Shown: positions 14,976 to 28,093 of the stretch, in pieces
How the letters are laid out: the number at the start of each line of letters is the position of its first letter
Numbering within the stretch: the stretch's first letter is position 1
Origin: Octopus bimaculoides
Taxonomy: Eukaryota
Direction: 5' to 3'
DNA length: 64,000 nt
Assembly: GCF_001194135.2 (NCBI RefSeq)
Contig: NC_068993.1
Location: forward strand, 46,023,220 to 46,087,219
Made by a program: the position numbers and the translations under genes
The notes under the pieces: generated by a model
What the model saw: the letters and a program-made list of their open reading frames with translations, nothing else
Database searches by the model: none
What the model was told of the DNA's origin: nothing

Positions 14976-16059
14976 ATTTCTATACAAGTATGTATGCAAA
15001 TGTGTATCAATGTATGTATATATATAAAAAAAAAGAAAGGGAGGTATAAAAAAGACAAAGAGAAAGTGGAGCGAAGGGCACTATGCATTAGACTTCTCGC
15101 TCCGGGTCACACTTACAGTTTCTTTTGATCAACTCTAATTTTGGAGAAACTTTTAAAATAGTGGTTATAAATTGACAGATTTTACTTTAAGACAATTACA
15201 ATATCTTTCTTTATCTATCGTCTGTCGTCATGCATTCTTACTCTCTCTCTCTATCTCTCTCTTTTGTCTCTCTACAATCCATTTACCCCCACACGCTGTT
15301 CCTGCGTCTTTCTTATCTGTACTGTTAATCTCTAGTGTCTTTCAATCATTTTTTTGTTGTTGTTGTTGATATATTTGCTCACTTGTACTGAGAAGAATAC
15401 AACGCGTATATAATGTGTCTCCCTGTCTCTCTCCCACTTTCTCTGTCGTTACTACTACTACTACTACTACTACTACTCCTCCTCCTCTCAGACTTTCCCT
15501 TTTCTTGTTTTTTTTAAATTCTTCCGTGCTCTTACCTTCTCCCACTCTACCTCTTTTCAATTCTCATTCACATTGTCTGTATCTGTCTTCCACTCAGATA
15601 AATCTATCGGAATTGTATCTACCCTCTTTGCTCTCGTGATCACTAGAATACACACATACACATACAGGCACACACACACACACACACATACACACACACA
15701 CACACACACACATACACACACACACGTTCTCCCACCTCTTCTTTCCATTTCCATGATTTGTTCCCTTCCAGTACCAATCCTTTTAAATAATTTTCCTCCT
15801 TTCTTTTCATTTACTTTGAGGTTTCTCTGACACCGTTCGTCCATCTCACACAAACCACTAAGAATTAAAAGCAATGGGACGAAATATCTCGCCTTATTTA
15901 CAATTGCCTTACATTCTACATTCAAACTCATCAACGCCAACTTTACCTTTTGTTTCTTATGAGGTCATGAATTATTTATCGGCTCAGGTCGATGGTTCGG
16001 TGGAAATGTTAGTGCATGAACCAGGACAAGTGGATACGTTACTTTCTAAGTTCGAATCC

Positions 16060-16731
16060 GGATCTATTTTAAAACGGGGGCGCCAGTATTTTCTTAACGA
16101 AACACTAACGAAACACTTTGAAACTTGGGACACTGGTAGAATGTGTCATATAAAACATCTTTTACTCTTAGTCTTCTTAACAAAAAAAGGAATTCGCAAG
16201 TTATTCCATGTTAAAGTTATCGTATTTCTGTAATTTCAACCAGTCACTGACGTCTATTCAGCTCAATAGAGTTACTGCTAGGCGGTCATAAAAATGTTAT
16301 TCCCTGTGACATATTTCATCCGGTTTAATCGTAATTTATACACATATATTGTTTATATAATAAATTACGCTGTTCGTATCTATATGTGTAACAATTTTAG
16401 AGTTCGGATTCTAGAGTTAGGGTTAGTTTTAGGGTTAGGGTTAGGGTTACGGTTACGGTTAACAGTCTAGTTAGGGTTAGGGTTAGGGTTAGGGGATTAA
16501 TACGATATACACCGTTACAGCGCTAACTGTTTTCAACCGAATAGACGTCAGTGATTAGTAGAAATTATCGAAATAAGACAATTTTTTACATGAAATAAAT
16601 TCGAATACAAAAATATTTTTCTGTTCTATAACACAAAATAGATAAGTATACGAAGTTTGAAAGTCTTTCCGTACCAAAAACACTACATAAAACATAAATG
16701 AAAACTGGCGCCCCCGTTTTAAAATAGATCC
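16060..16731. mobile_element. Non-autonomous TIR DNA transposon (MITE/foldback), Merlin-like termini, internal telomeric repeats
   Basis: Perfect 28-bp TIRs GGATCTATTTTAAAACGGGGGCGCCAGT at 16060-16087 and 16704-16731. Perfect 8-bp TSD TCGAATCC at 16052-16059 and 16732-16739. Internal degenerate inverted arms (tcactgacgtctattc / gaatagacgtcagtga). The superfamily call is inferred from GG termini plus an 8-bp TSD. Confidence 0.9.
16417..16494 (+). repeat. Interstitial (TTAGGG)n-like array inside the MITE
   Basis: ttagggttagttttagggttagggttagggttacggttacggtt...ttagggttagggttagggttaggg, read directly. Confidence 0.9.
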
Positions 16732-17114
16732 TCGAATCCAACCATGACATACTTGGGTCGTTACAGTTAATCCGACATCTGTTTTAACCACTAAAACGCC
16801 TTTATCAGTTATTGGCTGTCTTTCTAGTCTCGTATTTCGACCATTTAACAACAATATATACTTTCGATAAAACAGTTGCTCCCGCAAAGCAAATTAAATA
16901 AAATTTCGGATGTTGTGGAGGTTCAATATTGGTAATACAAATTGGACAGTGAAAACTAACAGGAAGGGATGCTAAGCCGAAACGATGTTGTGTATAGCAA
17001 ACTAAGACACGAGACAAATACGAACACGTATTCCTTGTTCCAGCTACAACGGAGAGAGAGAAAGAAAAATGGACGATGATCACGTGGGAGCTACGTGAGC
17101 AACGGAGGAGGAGG

Positions 17115-17174
<60 letters not shown>

Positions 17175-17323
17175 NNNNNNNNNNGATAGAGACAGAGTAA
17201 TAGGATAGAATAGTGGGAGAAAAGGAGGTAAAAGAATAAGAGAGAGAAAAAGTGAGAAAAGCGAAAAACTAAAAAGATTGTATAGAGTGCGCATCAGAAT
17301 TATTAAGATAAAACGTACCTGTG

Positions 17324-17370
<47 letters not shown>

Positions 17371-17966
17371 NNNNNNNNNNNNNNNNNNNNNNNNNNNNNN
17401 NNNNNNNNNNNNNNNNNNNNNNNNNNNNNNNNNNNNNNNNNNNNNNNNNNNNNNNNNNNNNNNNNNNNNNNNNNNNNNNNNNNNNNNNNNNNNNNNNNNN
17501 NNNNNNNNNNNNNNNNNNNNNNNNNNNNNNNNNNNNNNNNNNNNNNNNNNNNNNNNNNNNNNNNNNNNNNNNNNNNNNNNNNNNNNNNNNNNNNNNNNNN
17601 NNNNNNNNNNNNNNNNNNNNNNNNNNNNNNNNNNNNNNNNNNNNNNNNNNNNNNNNNNNNNNNNNNNNNNNNNNNNNNNNNNNNNNNNNNNNNNNNNNNN
17701 NNNNNNNNNNNNNNNNNNNNNNNNNNNNNNNNNNNNNNNNNNNNNNNNNNNNNNNNNNNNNNNNNNNNNNNNNNNNNNNNNNNNNNNNNNNNNNNNNNNN
17801 NNNNNNNNNNNNNNNNNNNNNNNNNNNNNNNNNNNNNNNNNNNNNNNNNNNNNNNNNNNNNNNNNNNNNNNNNNNNNNNNNNNNNNNNNNNNNNNNNNNN
17901 NNNNNNNNNNNNNNNNNNNNNNNNNNNNNNNNNNATATAAGTCTGTGTGTTTGTATATATATGTAG

Positions 17967-17997
<31 letters not shown>

Positions 17998-18877
17998 TAC
18001 ATACATTATATAGATACATAAATACATACATACATTCATGCATGCATACATACAAATGTGCATATATATATACATACATACATACATACATACATACACC
18101 CTGAAGAGTGCTGATTTTGGAATTTTCGCGTCCGCTAATTTATACACAACTTGATATATGCATCTATATGCATCTCAGTAATAGATTTAACTAGCAATGT
18201 AGGGGAATCTTCTGATACCGAGCAGTTCCATTAGTATTGCCATCATCTACATGGCTTTACGAGGCAAATCTATCCTCCTTGGTGCTTTAAATGTCATCAA
18301 ATTGCAAATACATCATTTCGTTATTTTCGGCAAGGTAATTGTGTCCAAGACAGTGAACATCATAATTAATATAATGAAAGCTACCAAAGTTTATTCAATT
18401 TGAATGTAATGTGAAATCACAGATTAATGTTATTGCAGAGGGAGCGAGAGCATGCGAGAGAGAGAGAGGGGAGTTTGAATACAGAAATACAATACACTAA
18501 CACACCGAATACATTGATATATTTTATATGCAATACCTGAGAATGTAGCTTCAAAACGTTAGAAAGTGTAGGGAACATCTATGTAGTTGGTCCATGAGCT
18601 TAAAATAGCAATCAAATCTTTCTCATTTTATTTTTTTACGCACTTAATTCATATAGCGAACATATTTTGTAGTGTAGATAAAGATATACAAAAAAATCTT
18701 TGATGACCACGATTGAACGTATTTCATCATCAGTTTATTTTGTCAGAGATAACTAGAAATATCGCAATAGATTCATTACAAGAACAACAGTATTAGCAAT
18801 AATATGTAATAAAAAGCATGGCAAAACAACAATAACGAAACTCATCATCGTCATCATCATCATCACCATCATCATCC

Positions 18878-18920
<43 letters not shown>

Positions 18921-19391
18921 TATTATTATTATTGATGCGGTAACATGGATGTCAGAATTAATAACTCGTCGGACAAAATGGCTGGTGGCATACATGCAGT
19001 GTTGAAATTCCACTTAGGTGACTTTGCGACTCATTCATATGGTGTCGAAGAAATAACGAGTGGGGACGATGAAATCCACTTCCCCTCCCCGCATACTTGA
19101 GGCTTTGTGTCAATAATAGGTTGAATGATTATTATAAGTTTTTCTAAGGCGTTATGCTAGCAGAATCTTTCGCACACCGGAAAAAATGCTTGCGACATTT
19201 CGCCCACCATTGGAGTTCTGAGTTTAAATGCTGCCCAGGTCGACATTACTCTTCATTTTTTTTCGGTGTCGTTAAAATAAGTATAAGCTGAAGACTGGGT
19301 CGATTTTCAGTTTCAGCTTCATACCATTTTTCTGTGAATTTGAATCTCCGTACTATTATTATTATTATCGTTATTATTATTATTATTATTA

Positions 19392-19789
19392 TTCAGTAGT
19401 CTTATTTTTATCACGTGCTTTCACTGCACTACCGAGCGAGGCTCTGTGTTACTTGGATATGTGCTGTGTTTTGTAGCGATGCTGTTATTGTTACTGTATT
19501 GAAATTGTTTTACGTAGGATGTGTGCGGTACCTTGTAGTGCTATTTTCTGAATGTTATATGTACTTGTCTGTCCTGGTGCTTTTGTTATGTATTTGTCCG
19601 AATATTTTTTTTTATCATACATAACGTGCCTACTATGATAAGCATTGTTTCTGTTGTTAGACTCCGCATTCGTATTTCTAGGTCTTTGTATTTTGATAGT
19701 TTATCCATATCTTTTAGAGGAACGTTGTCATCTATTGGTATTGATACATCGATTAGAAAGCATGATTTTCCTTGATGATCTCTGACAGC
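19392..19789 (-). mobile_element. R4/Dong-like RLE non-LTR retrotransposon 3' end (family 1) with (AAT)n tail
   Basis: Translates as VRDHQGKSCFLIDVSIPIDDNVPLKDMDKLSKYKDLEI...IIVG.L...YNIQKIALQGTAHILRKTISIQ*, a restriction-like endonuclease C-terminus. Confidence 0.85.
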
Positions 19790-19935
19790 CCGATGAATAC
19801 TTGCTAACGACCGTGCAGCCTGCGCTCATGATATTTTCGCGCTAACATACTGCGTCCAGTTAAGAGAGACGGTTCATGCTTTCGAATCCTTTTCTACATA
19901 CTCTTCGTTTGCTTTCTGACAGAGGTTTATTATTA

Positions 19936-19994
<59 letters not shown>

Positions 19995-20547
19995 GAGTGA
20001 GAGAGCAGCGCATGCCATCAAAGTGACACTGGGGTACAATTATACGATGCCCAATACACCCATCATTATTACCCGTCTGATAAAGGTACACCAGGCACAT
20101 GCATCACAATCACATGTGCGCAACATGGTAATCTTATATCAAGATAAATAGCTCACGACCTTGTAGGTGCGACCCAGCTAGAATTTGTTGAGTTTGAGCA
20201 GCCTATCCTGCTCAAAAGGTCCATAAATAAGGTTTCTTTAAGGATAATGAACAAAACACCCATGTTTCCAGAGGTGAATTATTCAAACGCCAAAGAATTT
20301 CTCTCAACACATGGCTATGATGCTCCCCCACTATTTCTGCTCGTGATCGGAGATGCACATAACATCATCCATGAGGGACATGCTCAACTAGTTAAGGTCA
20401 AGCAATTGACAAGCAAATCTGTGGCGTTGAGCAGAATATTTGCTGTAGCCCATCTTTTATACCAAGACAAAACAATGTACGTGATAACATTTCCACTCAG
20501 TTAAGATCACACGCCATGAGAGCCACTGTTTAATATTGCATCAGGGC

Positions 20548-20550
<3 letters not shown>
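19995..20550 (-). mobile_element. 556-bp (AAT)n-tailed retroposon (family C); partial copies at 21075-21330(-), 36690-36815(+), 51270-51505(-), 57212-57455(-)
   Basis: All copies share the 3' end ...cccagtgtcactttgatggcatgcactgctctctcactc(aat)n and differ in 5' truncation. The longest copy has (ATT)n on both sides. Confidence 0.8.
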
Positions 20551-20586
<36 letters not shown>

Positions 20587-20783
20587 GGCGACAAGGTGGT
20601 AGAATCGTTAGTGCGCCGGGTGAAATGCTTAGCGGTATTTCGCCCGTCGCTACGTACTGAGTTCAAATTCTTTACCTGTCATCCTTTCGGAGTCGATAAA
20701 ATAAGTACCAGATGAACACTGGGGTCGGTGTAATCAACTCATCCCTTCCCCCCAAATCAGTGCCCTTGTGGCAAAATTTGAAC

Positions 20784-20852
<69 letters not shown>

Positions 20853-21722
20853 GGCGGCGAGCTGGTAGAATCGTTAGCACGCAGGACGAAATGCTTAGCG
20901 ATATTTCTCCCGTCACTCCGTTCAGAGTTCGAATTCTCTCGAAGTAGACTTTACCTTTCATTCTTTCGGAGCTGATAGAATAAGTACACTAGGGTCGATG
21001 TAATCTACTCATCTCCTACCCCAAATTGCTGCCCTTGTGGCAAAATGTGAAATTATTATTATCATTATTATGATTGAATGAGAGAGCAGTGCATGCCATC
21101 AAAGTGACACTGGGATAAAATATACGAAGCCCAGTATACCCATCATGACTATTAGTCTTATAAGGGTACACCAGGCATATGCATCATAACCATATGTACG
21201 TAATATAGTGATCTCAAGTCGAGATTAATAGCACATGACCTTGCAGGTGGGGCCCAGTTAGAATTTTTTTCATGTCGAGTAGCCCATCCCGCTCAAATGG
21301 TTTTTGAATAAGAATTGTTTTACGGATGTTGAACGGTCCCAGTCAAGAACAATAGTTGATTTTTTTCAACTATTCGCTGCTCCACAAATTTATGGATTTT
21401 TTTGCTGAAAAAAGATCATAAATAGTGTTGAATTTTCTTTTAGTATCCCTTTGGTAAAAGATTAAGTGCTAGTGATATAGTTCAGTCAATTTAATTAACA
21501 ATGTCCATGAACTACTAATAAATTGGCGGAATCGTTAACACGCTGGACAAATGCGTAGCGGCATTTCGTCTGTCTTTACGATCTTAGTGCAAATGCCGCC
21601 GATCGATTGATAATATTGAACCATGAACGCACGCAAACAAATACCTGAAACAACTGTAAGCCTATAATGAATAAATGAATGTATATAATCCATTATTTCT
21701 GTTTATTTTAAATTATATATGT

Positions 21723-21754
<32 letters not shown>

Positions 21755-21774
21755 ACACACACANNNNNNNNNNG

Positions 21775-22019
21775 GTCCACCGAATGAAAAACGTCCTTAA
21801 AGGAAAACGTTTTGCCGATGAGGAAGAGGTGAAGATAAAAAAAAGACGACAGAGGTGTTAAAAAGCATCACATCGCAAGAATTCAATTACTGTTTCGAAC
21901 AATATTAACGTGCCTGGACCGATGTATTGTTTCGTTGAAGGCGATAAAAGTGTAAACATGTAAAAAGTAATGAATAAAATAATACGGCAAAATTTCCGTT
22001 TCTTTTGGGTACTCCCGTA
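21775..22019 (+). mobile_element. Mariner transposase 3' end with right TIR (5' part lost in gap)
   Basis: Translates as RMKNVLKGKRFADEEEVK..TTEVLKSITSQEFNYCFEQ...LDRCI...EGDK, a mariner C-terminus. Ends in the TIR-like aaatttccgtttcttttgggtactcccg followed by TA. Confidence 0.85.
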
Positions 22020-22656
22020 CGCATGTATATAAATTTTAATGTATTCACTAAATGTCTATGGATTGATGGATGTCACTTCCCACATTATACTAGACTCTCT
22101 CTGTTTCTTTATCTCTCTTCTAAGCACAAACATATAACCATAAAAATACTCCACATAAGTGTCGAGTGTGTGCGTTTGTGTAAAATATAGATAAATTTAA
22201 TTTCCCTTTCATTTCACCTATATTTACATGGCCATGTACCCCACAAGACGCAAGAAAATATATGGAATTATGAGAAGGTGAGAGAAAGAGAGAGAGAGAG
22301 AGTGAAAGAGAGAGATTGAGAGAAAAACAAAGAGAGATTGAGATAGAAAGAAAGAGATTACTGCAAATAAAGATATTACATACATAAGTTGAGAGTAAAT
22401 TACATGCATTTTGTACTGCCATATAGACTACAATCAATAATGCATATTCTGCGATCGGCAAAATATTTAGAACGCAATTAGATTAGATATCCGGTTACGC
22501 GTCAGATATAAGATAGTCATGAGAGTGTATTTGGGCATGTGCGTGTGAGTGTATGTATATATTTGTATCTATATTATATATACAAATCTTTCTATCTATC
22601 TATCTCACTATCTATACATATATGCATACACACACACACAAACACGCACACACGCA

Positions 22657-22692
<36 letters not shown>

Positions 22693-23554
22693 CGCACACA
22701 CGCACGCACACATATATACATGTATACACACATACACATACATGCTAGATAGTGTGTGTGTGTGTATACATATATANNNNNNNNNNNNNNNNNNNNNNNN
22801 NNNNNNNNNNNNNNNNNNNNNNNNNNNNNNNNNNNNNNNNNNNNNNNNNNNNNNNNNNNNNNNNNNNNNNNNNNNNNNNNNNNNNNNNNNNNNNNNNNNN
22901 NNNNNNNNNNNNNNNNNNNNNNNNNNNNNNNNNNNNNNNNNNNNNNNNNNNNNNNNNNNNNNNNNNNNNNNNNNNNNNNNNNNNNNNNNNNNNNNNNNNN
23001 NNNNNNNNNNNNNNNNNNNNNNNNNNNNNNNNNNNNNNNNNNNNNNNNNNNNNNNNNNNNNNNNNNNNNNNNNNNNNNNNNNNNNNNNNNNNNNNNNNNN
23101 NNNNNNNNNNNNNNNNNNNNNNNNNNNNNNNNNNNNNNNNNNNNNNNNNNNNNNNNNNNNNNNNNNNNNNNNNNNNNNNNNNNNNNNNNNNNNNNNNNNN
23201 NNNNNNNNNNNNNNNNNNNNNNNNNNNNNNNNNNNNNNNNNNNNNNNNNNNNNNNNNNNNNNNNNNNNNNNNNNNNNNNNNNNNNNNNNNNNNNNNNNNN
23301 NNNNNNNNNNNNNNNNNNNNNNNNNNNNNNNNNNNNNNNNNNNNNNNNNNNNNNNNNNNNNNNNNNNNNNNNNNNNNNNNNNNNNNNNNNNNNNNNNNNN
23401 NNNNNNNNNNNNNNNNNNNNNNNNNNNNNNNNNNNNNNNNNNNNNNNNNNNNNNNNNNNNNNNNNNNNNNNNNNNNNNTATATATATAGGAGAGAATATA
23501 CAAATAATAACAACAGACGAGGACAGGTGGTGTAAATAACAAAAGTATATATTA

Positions 23555-23720
23555 GTATGACGCTCGGGAATACGGAAAGTCTTTGACGTTTCGAGCTACG
23601 CTCTTCAACAGAAAGAATACGGAGACAAGGAGAAAAACACGGAGAAAAAAAATTGAATAGTGTTCAGTCAACGGTATTGATACAGAACGCTTTATATGTG
23701 GGTGCATGAGTTTGGGTTTC
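23555..23720 (-). mobile_element. PLE 3'/pseudo-LTR fragment
   Basis: The minus strand contains tctttCTGTTGAAGAGCGTAGCTCGAAACGTCaaaga, the hammerhead-type terminus typical of PLEs. Confidence 0.65.
23580..23616 (-). ncRNA. Minimal type I hammerhead ribozyme-like motif (core variant CUGUUGA)
   Basis: Stem I UCUUU/AAAGA, core CUGUUGA-A, stem II GAGC-gua-GCUC, GAAA, then C-GUC cleavage triplet with a palindromic minimal stem III. Confidence 0.65.
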
Positions 23721-24485
23721 GTATGTTTGAAACACTGTGATTGAGGGTGTATTCGCGTGTGAATATGTACGAGTACATATAAATATATCATATGAATATA
23801 TATTATATACACAATTGCGCTTTTAGCATGCTATGCGTTGATTGGTATCTTTTGCACAAACAAATATTTCTCATTATAACATGCACATATCGAAGGGACA
23901 TATACAAATATTTATACATAAAAATACGCACACATACACATACATACACATAAAAAACACAAACATATATATGTTTGTGTGTGTGTGTAGTGTGTTTGCT
24001 TGTATATAGGTACGTGGGTTTACATAATAGTGGATCAGAATGATTTTAACATAATGTAATGCATGTTGTTATTATGTACTTATGTGCGTAAGTGTACTTG
24101 TTTCTTGTATATAAGTGCAAATACTTATACAGATTATAGATTGATTTCTCTATGTGTTTAATACATCAGAGATCATATAAACGGATATAGAAGTTAGTAC
24201 AATATACGAAATTCAATCGAATATAATGTCATGCGTCCATTTCAAATGCCTACAAAGATTTTGAATAGAAAAAATAACAGATTGGTTTTAAAAGTGTTCA
24301 TTTTGCTACTGACTATGTATAGATTTGAGGTGCATATGTACTTTAGCGATGTTTCAATGTAGTTAATGAACGCAAATTTACAACTGTTGTATATTTCATC
24401 TGATATTAAAGTACTTCCTCCGCAGGTTACTTCAACTAGCCTCGAACGAAGGCTGCAATAATTTCACGATGTTTAGGAAGCTTAT

Positions 24486-24547
<62 letters not shown>

Positions 24548-24834
24548 NNNNNNNNNNNNNNNNNNNNNNNNNNNNNNNNNNNNNNNNNNNNNNNNNNNNN
24601 NNNNNNNNNNNNNNNNNNNNNNNNNNNNNNNNNNNNNNNNNNNNNNNNNNNNNNNNNNNNNNNNNNNNNNNNNNNNNNNNNNNNNNNNNNNNNNNNNNNN
24701 NNNNNNNNNNNNNNNNNNNNNNNNNNNNNNNNNNNNNNNNNNNNNNNNNNNNNNNNNNNNNNNNNNNNNNNNNNNNNNNNNNNNNNNNNNNNNNNNNNNN
24801 NNNNNNNNNNNNNNNNNCCACTTTCTCTCACTCT

Positions 24835-25042
24835 TACTTCCTGTTTCTGTTGTGCCTGTAATTCAAAGGGTCAGCCTTGTCACACTCTGTGTCACGCTGA
24901 ATATCCCTGAGAACTACGTTAAGAGTACACTTGTCTGTGGAATGCTCAGCCACTTGCACGTTAATTTCAGGAGCAGGCTGTTCCGTTGATTGGATCAACT
25001 GGAATCCTCGACGTCGTAAGCGACGGAGTGCCAACAACAACA
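24835..25042 (+). mobile_element. SINE family D 3' half with (AAC)n tail; homologous copy about 30530-30725(-); probable head fragments about 40850-41001(-) and 56225-56355(-)
   Basis: 24835-25042 and the reverse complement of 30530-30725 align (ccctttgaa..acag, gaaattaacgtgcaagt). The head fragments show tRNA-like gtggtctagtggtta and cttgagcaag motifs. Confidence 0.65.
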
Positions 25043-25288
25043 ATTTTTCTATGCTACTTCACCACATGCTGTACACATGTACATACATACATTCATTAAT
25101 GCATACATAAACATACATACATGCATACATACATACATACAAACATACATACATACATACATACATACATGTGTCTATACGTATAATAGCAATATTCATG
25201 AAGTATATTTGCCACTTAAATGTGACTAACCCTTAAGGGTAGATGCTACTGTAGAGTGTACCCCCAGGAAGACATCTACTGCAGCTGG

Positions 25289-25356
<68 letters not shown>

Positions 25357-25366
25357 NNNNNNNNNN

Positions 25367-25409
<43 letters not shown>

Positions 25410-25720
25410 CTTAGACAGATACATAGAGCAGGTTGTATACTTCTTAACATGCATACATTTAAGGAGACAAACATATGACAATGAAATAGGTGACAATCTA
25501 GTTAGTGTCTGACATAATTATTAGACACTCAATAAATAAAATCATTATAATGAGTTGACGGTACTCCAACTGTATCCATTACTTACTTACGTAAATGCAT
25601 ATAATCTCACATATGCACACACACACGCACACACACGCACACACAGACACACACATGCATTTATATATAAATGTGTGCGTATATGTATGTGTGTGTATAT
25701 ATACATACATACATACATAC

Positions 25721-25804
<84 letters not shown>

Positions 25805-27110
25805 GTATATAGTGACAGACATGTGCACACATATATAGTCATACATGTGTCCATGCATATTTCGAAGCATTTATCTATATACATGCGTATAATGACTGTC
25901 GTTTCATCGGGGCAAATTGTAATAGAAATTAGTATAATTACGAAAATGTCATGATTTATGTGTCTCCCTCGTTAGATGATCTCTTGTTTTCGGCAAGTTT
26001 TCCAAGCCATTAACAAACTTTCAAGCGTGTGAAGAACTAAGGAAGAAAAAAAGTATGTTATTTGAATAAATTGATATTCATCAATGCAGTCAATGGTCGA
26101 CATTTGGAAGTATGTGTATCTTTATGTATACATATATGTATAAACACACACATACACACACAAAGACACACACACGAAAACGCATAGGCACACATACGCA
26201 AACGCACGAGCGCGCGCGCATAGACACATCCATCTTTTATAATAAACGCGAAATTCTGTACGTCCTGTACACCTTGTATCTCAGTCTACGTTTACTCTGT
26301 ACAGACATATTATACCTTTTTGGATTCAAAATAATCCCGAGATTGAGAATCTGCCCTTAATTTGGTACTTGAGCAACCAGCATTGGGATCAGGCCTGGAT
26401 GAGGGTTTGTTGTATGCTAACAGTTGAAAATATTTTCATTTAAATAGAATTTTAAGTAATACCAAAAGTTTGTGAATTCTTCTGAGATGGAAGAATACCA
26501 ATAAATGCTTTGTTATTGAATGTTCTCTCTAGTTTGGGGCCGCAGACCCAATTAGCTCTTTGTAGGTACATAATTATGATTATAAATATATGTAAATATG
26601 TGTACGTATTTATTCATATACGTGTATGCATAGAAATATGCATGTATACGTATGTATGTATATGTATGAACATTTATATGTGTATATATAGGTGTGCGTG
26701 TGTGTGTGTGTTTGTGTGTGTGCACATGTGTATGCATGTTTGTGTAAGAGACTGAGTGTGTGTGTGAGCTTTTTTGTGTGAGCTTGTGTGTGTATATGTG
26801 TGTCTCATGTCTGCACTTAACAATTCCCAGACTTTGCTAGAATTATGAAATAATATATTCTTGTTAAAAAGTTATATCCTTAGTATAGTCTTATCTGGTA
26901 TAGTCTAATCTGGTACCATATAGTCTAGAAATCTGTACTGTCCAAGGTAAGAAAAGCAATTCCGATAAATCACTAACAAAAAGCACGGACAATAAACTCT
27001 GCACTTCGTCAGTTCCTTTATGAATTTCAACACATTAAGGCAGCGTCGCAATCTCGAACGTTGAAAAACAATATTGGTTTCAGATTTTGACACAAGGCTA
27101 GTCATTTTGA

Positions 27111-27193
<83 letters not shown>

Positions 27194-28022
27194 AGGCGTT
27201 TACATCCACATCAGTATTCAACTGGTATTTATTATATCGTCCTCGAAAAGTGGAAAGGCAAAGGTGACGTCGGCAGAATATGATACCAAACAATAATAAT
27301 GGAAAGACTGTAAGTGTGAATAATGAAAACACATTGAAGGTATCCAGACTACCGTGTGAAATTACATCCTATAAACAATCAATCATTATTAATAAATCAA
27401 CAGATACTAATTAGATAGTGGTGAAAGAATCATATCACTTCAGAAACAATCGAAAATAATATGCAAACCTATGAAAATCTTGTGAATCTTTGTTTCTCCC
27501 TAACTCCAATAAATTGAGCATAAATGTACACATAAATTTTACTGATAGAAGAAGCTTCAAAGGTCAAAGCTTCCTTGTTCAAGCTTAGGAAAAAAACACT
27601 CCGTTACTGGTTTTCAGCTTGTCTGCTACATAAAACGATTGTATGGAAGATGTTACTAATAAATTCTCCGAATATATTTATTGCTTCAAATTATCTCCCA
27701 ATATTTTGGAAGTTGCTAAAACTAGCCACTAAGGTTTTTTTTAAAAATAAAATGTGCATTACAAATTATAAGAAGAAATTTAGCATTTGCAATGTTCATT
27801 TTATTAAAATTCTTAGCTCTTTCGTTTAGAGCATCACGTCCTGCATGACCGTCTAAATTTGAACCGTTGGCCAATTTGAGTTTCTTCGCTTTAATAATAT
27901 ACTCTGGTTATTATTATGCTAATTATTCCGGTAAAAAGTTTGTTATTATTCTAGAAAAAGTTTCTCTTCGCTGATCGATCAACCTTGAGCAGACAATGCT
28001 TCGCTAATGAGGTTACATATAC

Positions 28023-28093
<71 letters not shown>

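Noticed and set aside
16417-16494. TTAGGG array as a chromosome end or fusion scar
   Set aside because: It is short, degenerate, on one strand only, and lies wholly within a TIR element with a TSD.
18200-18334. Open stretch GNLLIPSS…MALRGKSILLGAL…FGK ending at a gtaatt donor
   Set aside because: No credible acceptor and no similarity to GABA-B N-termini or any family I recognise.
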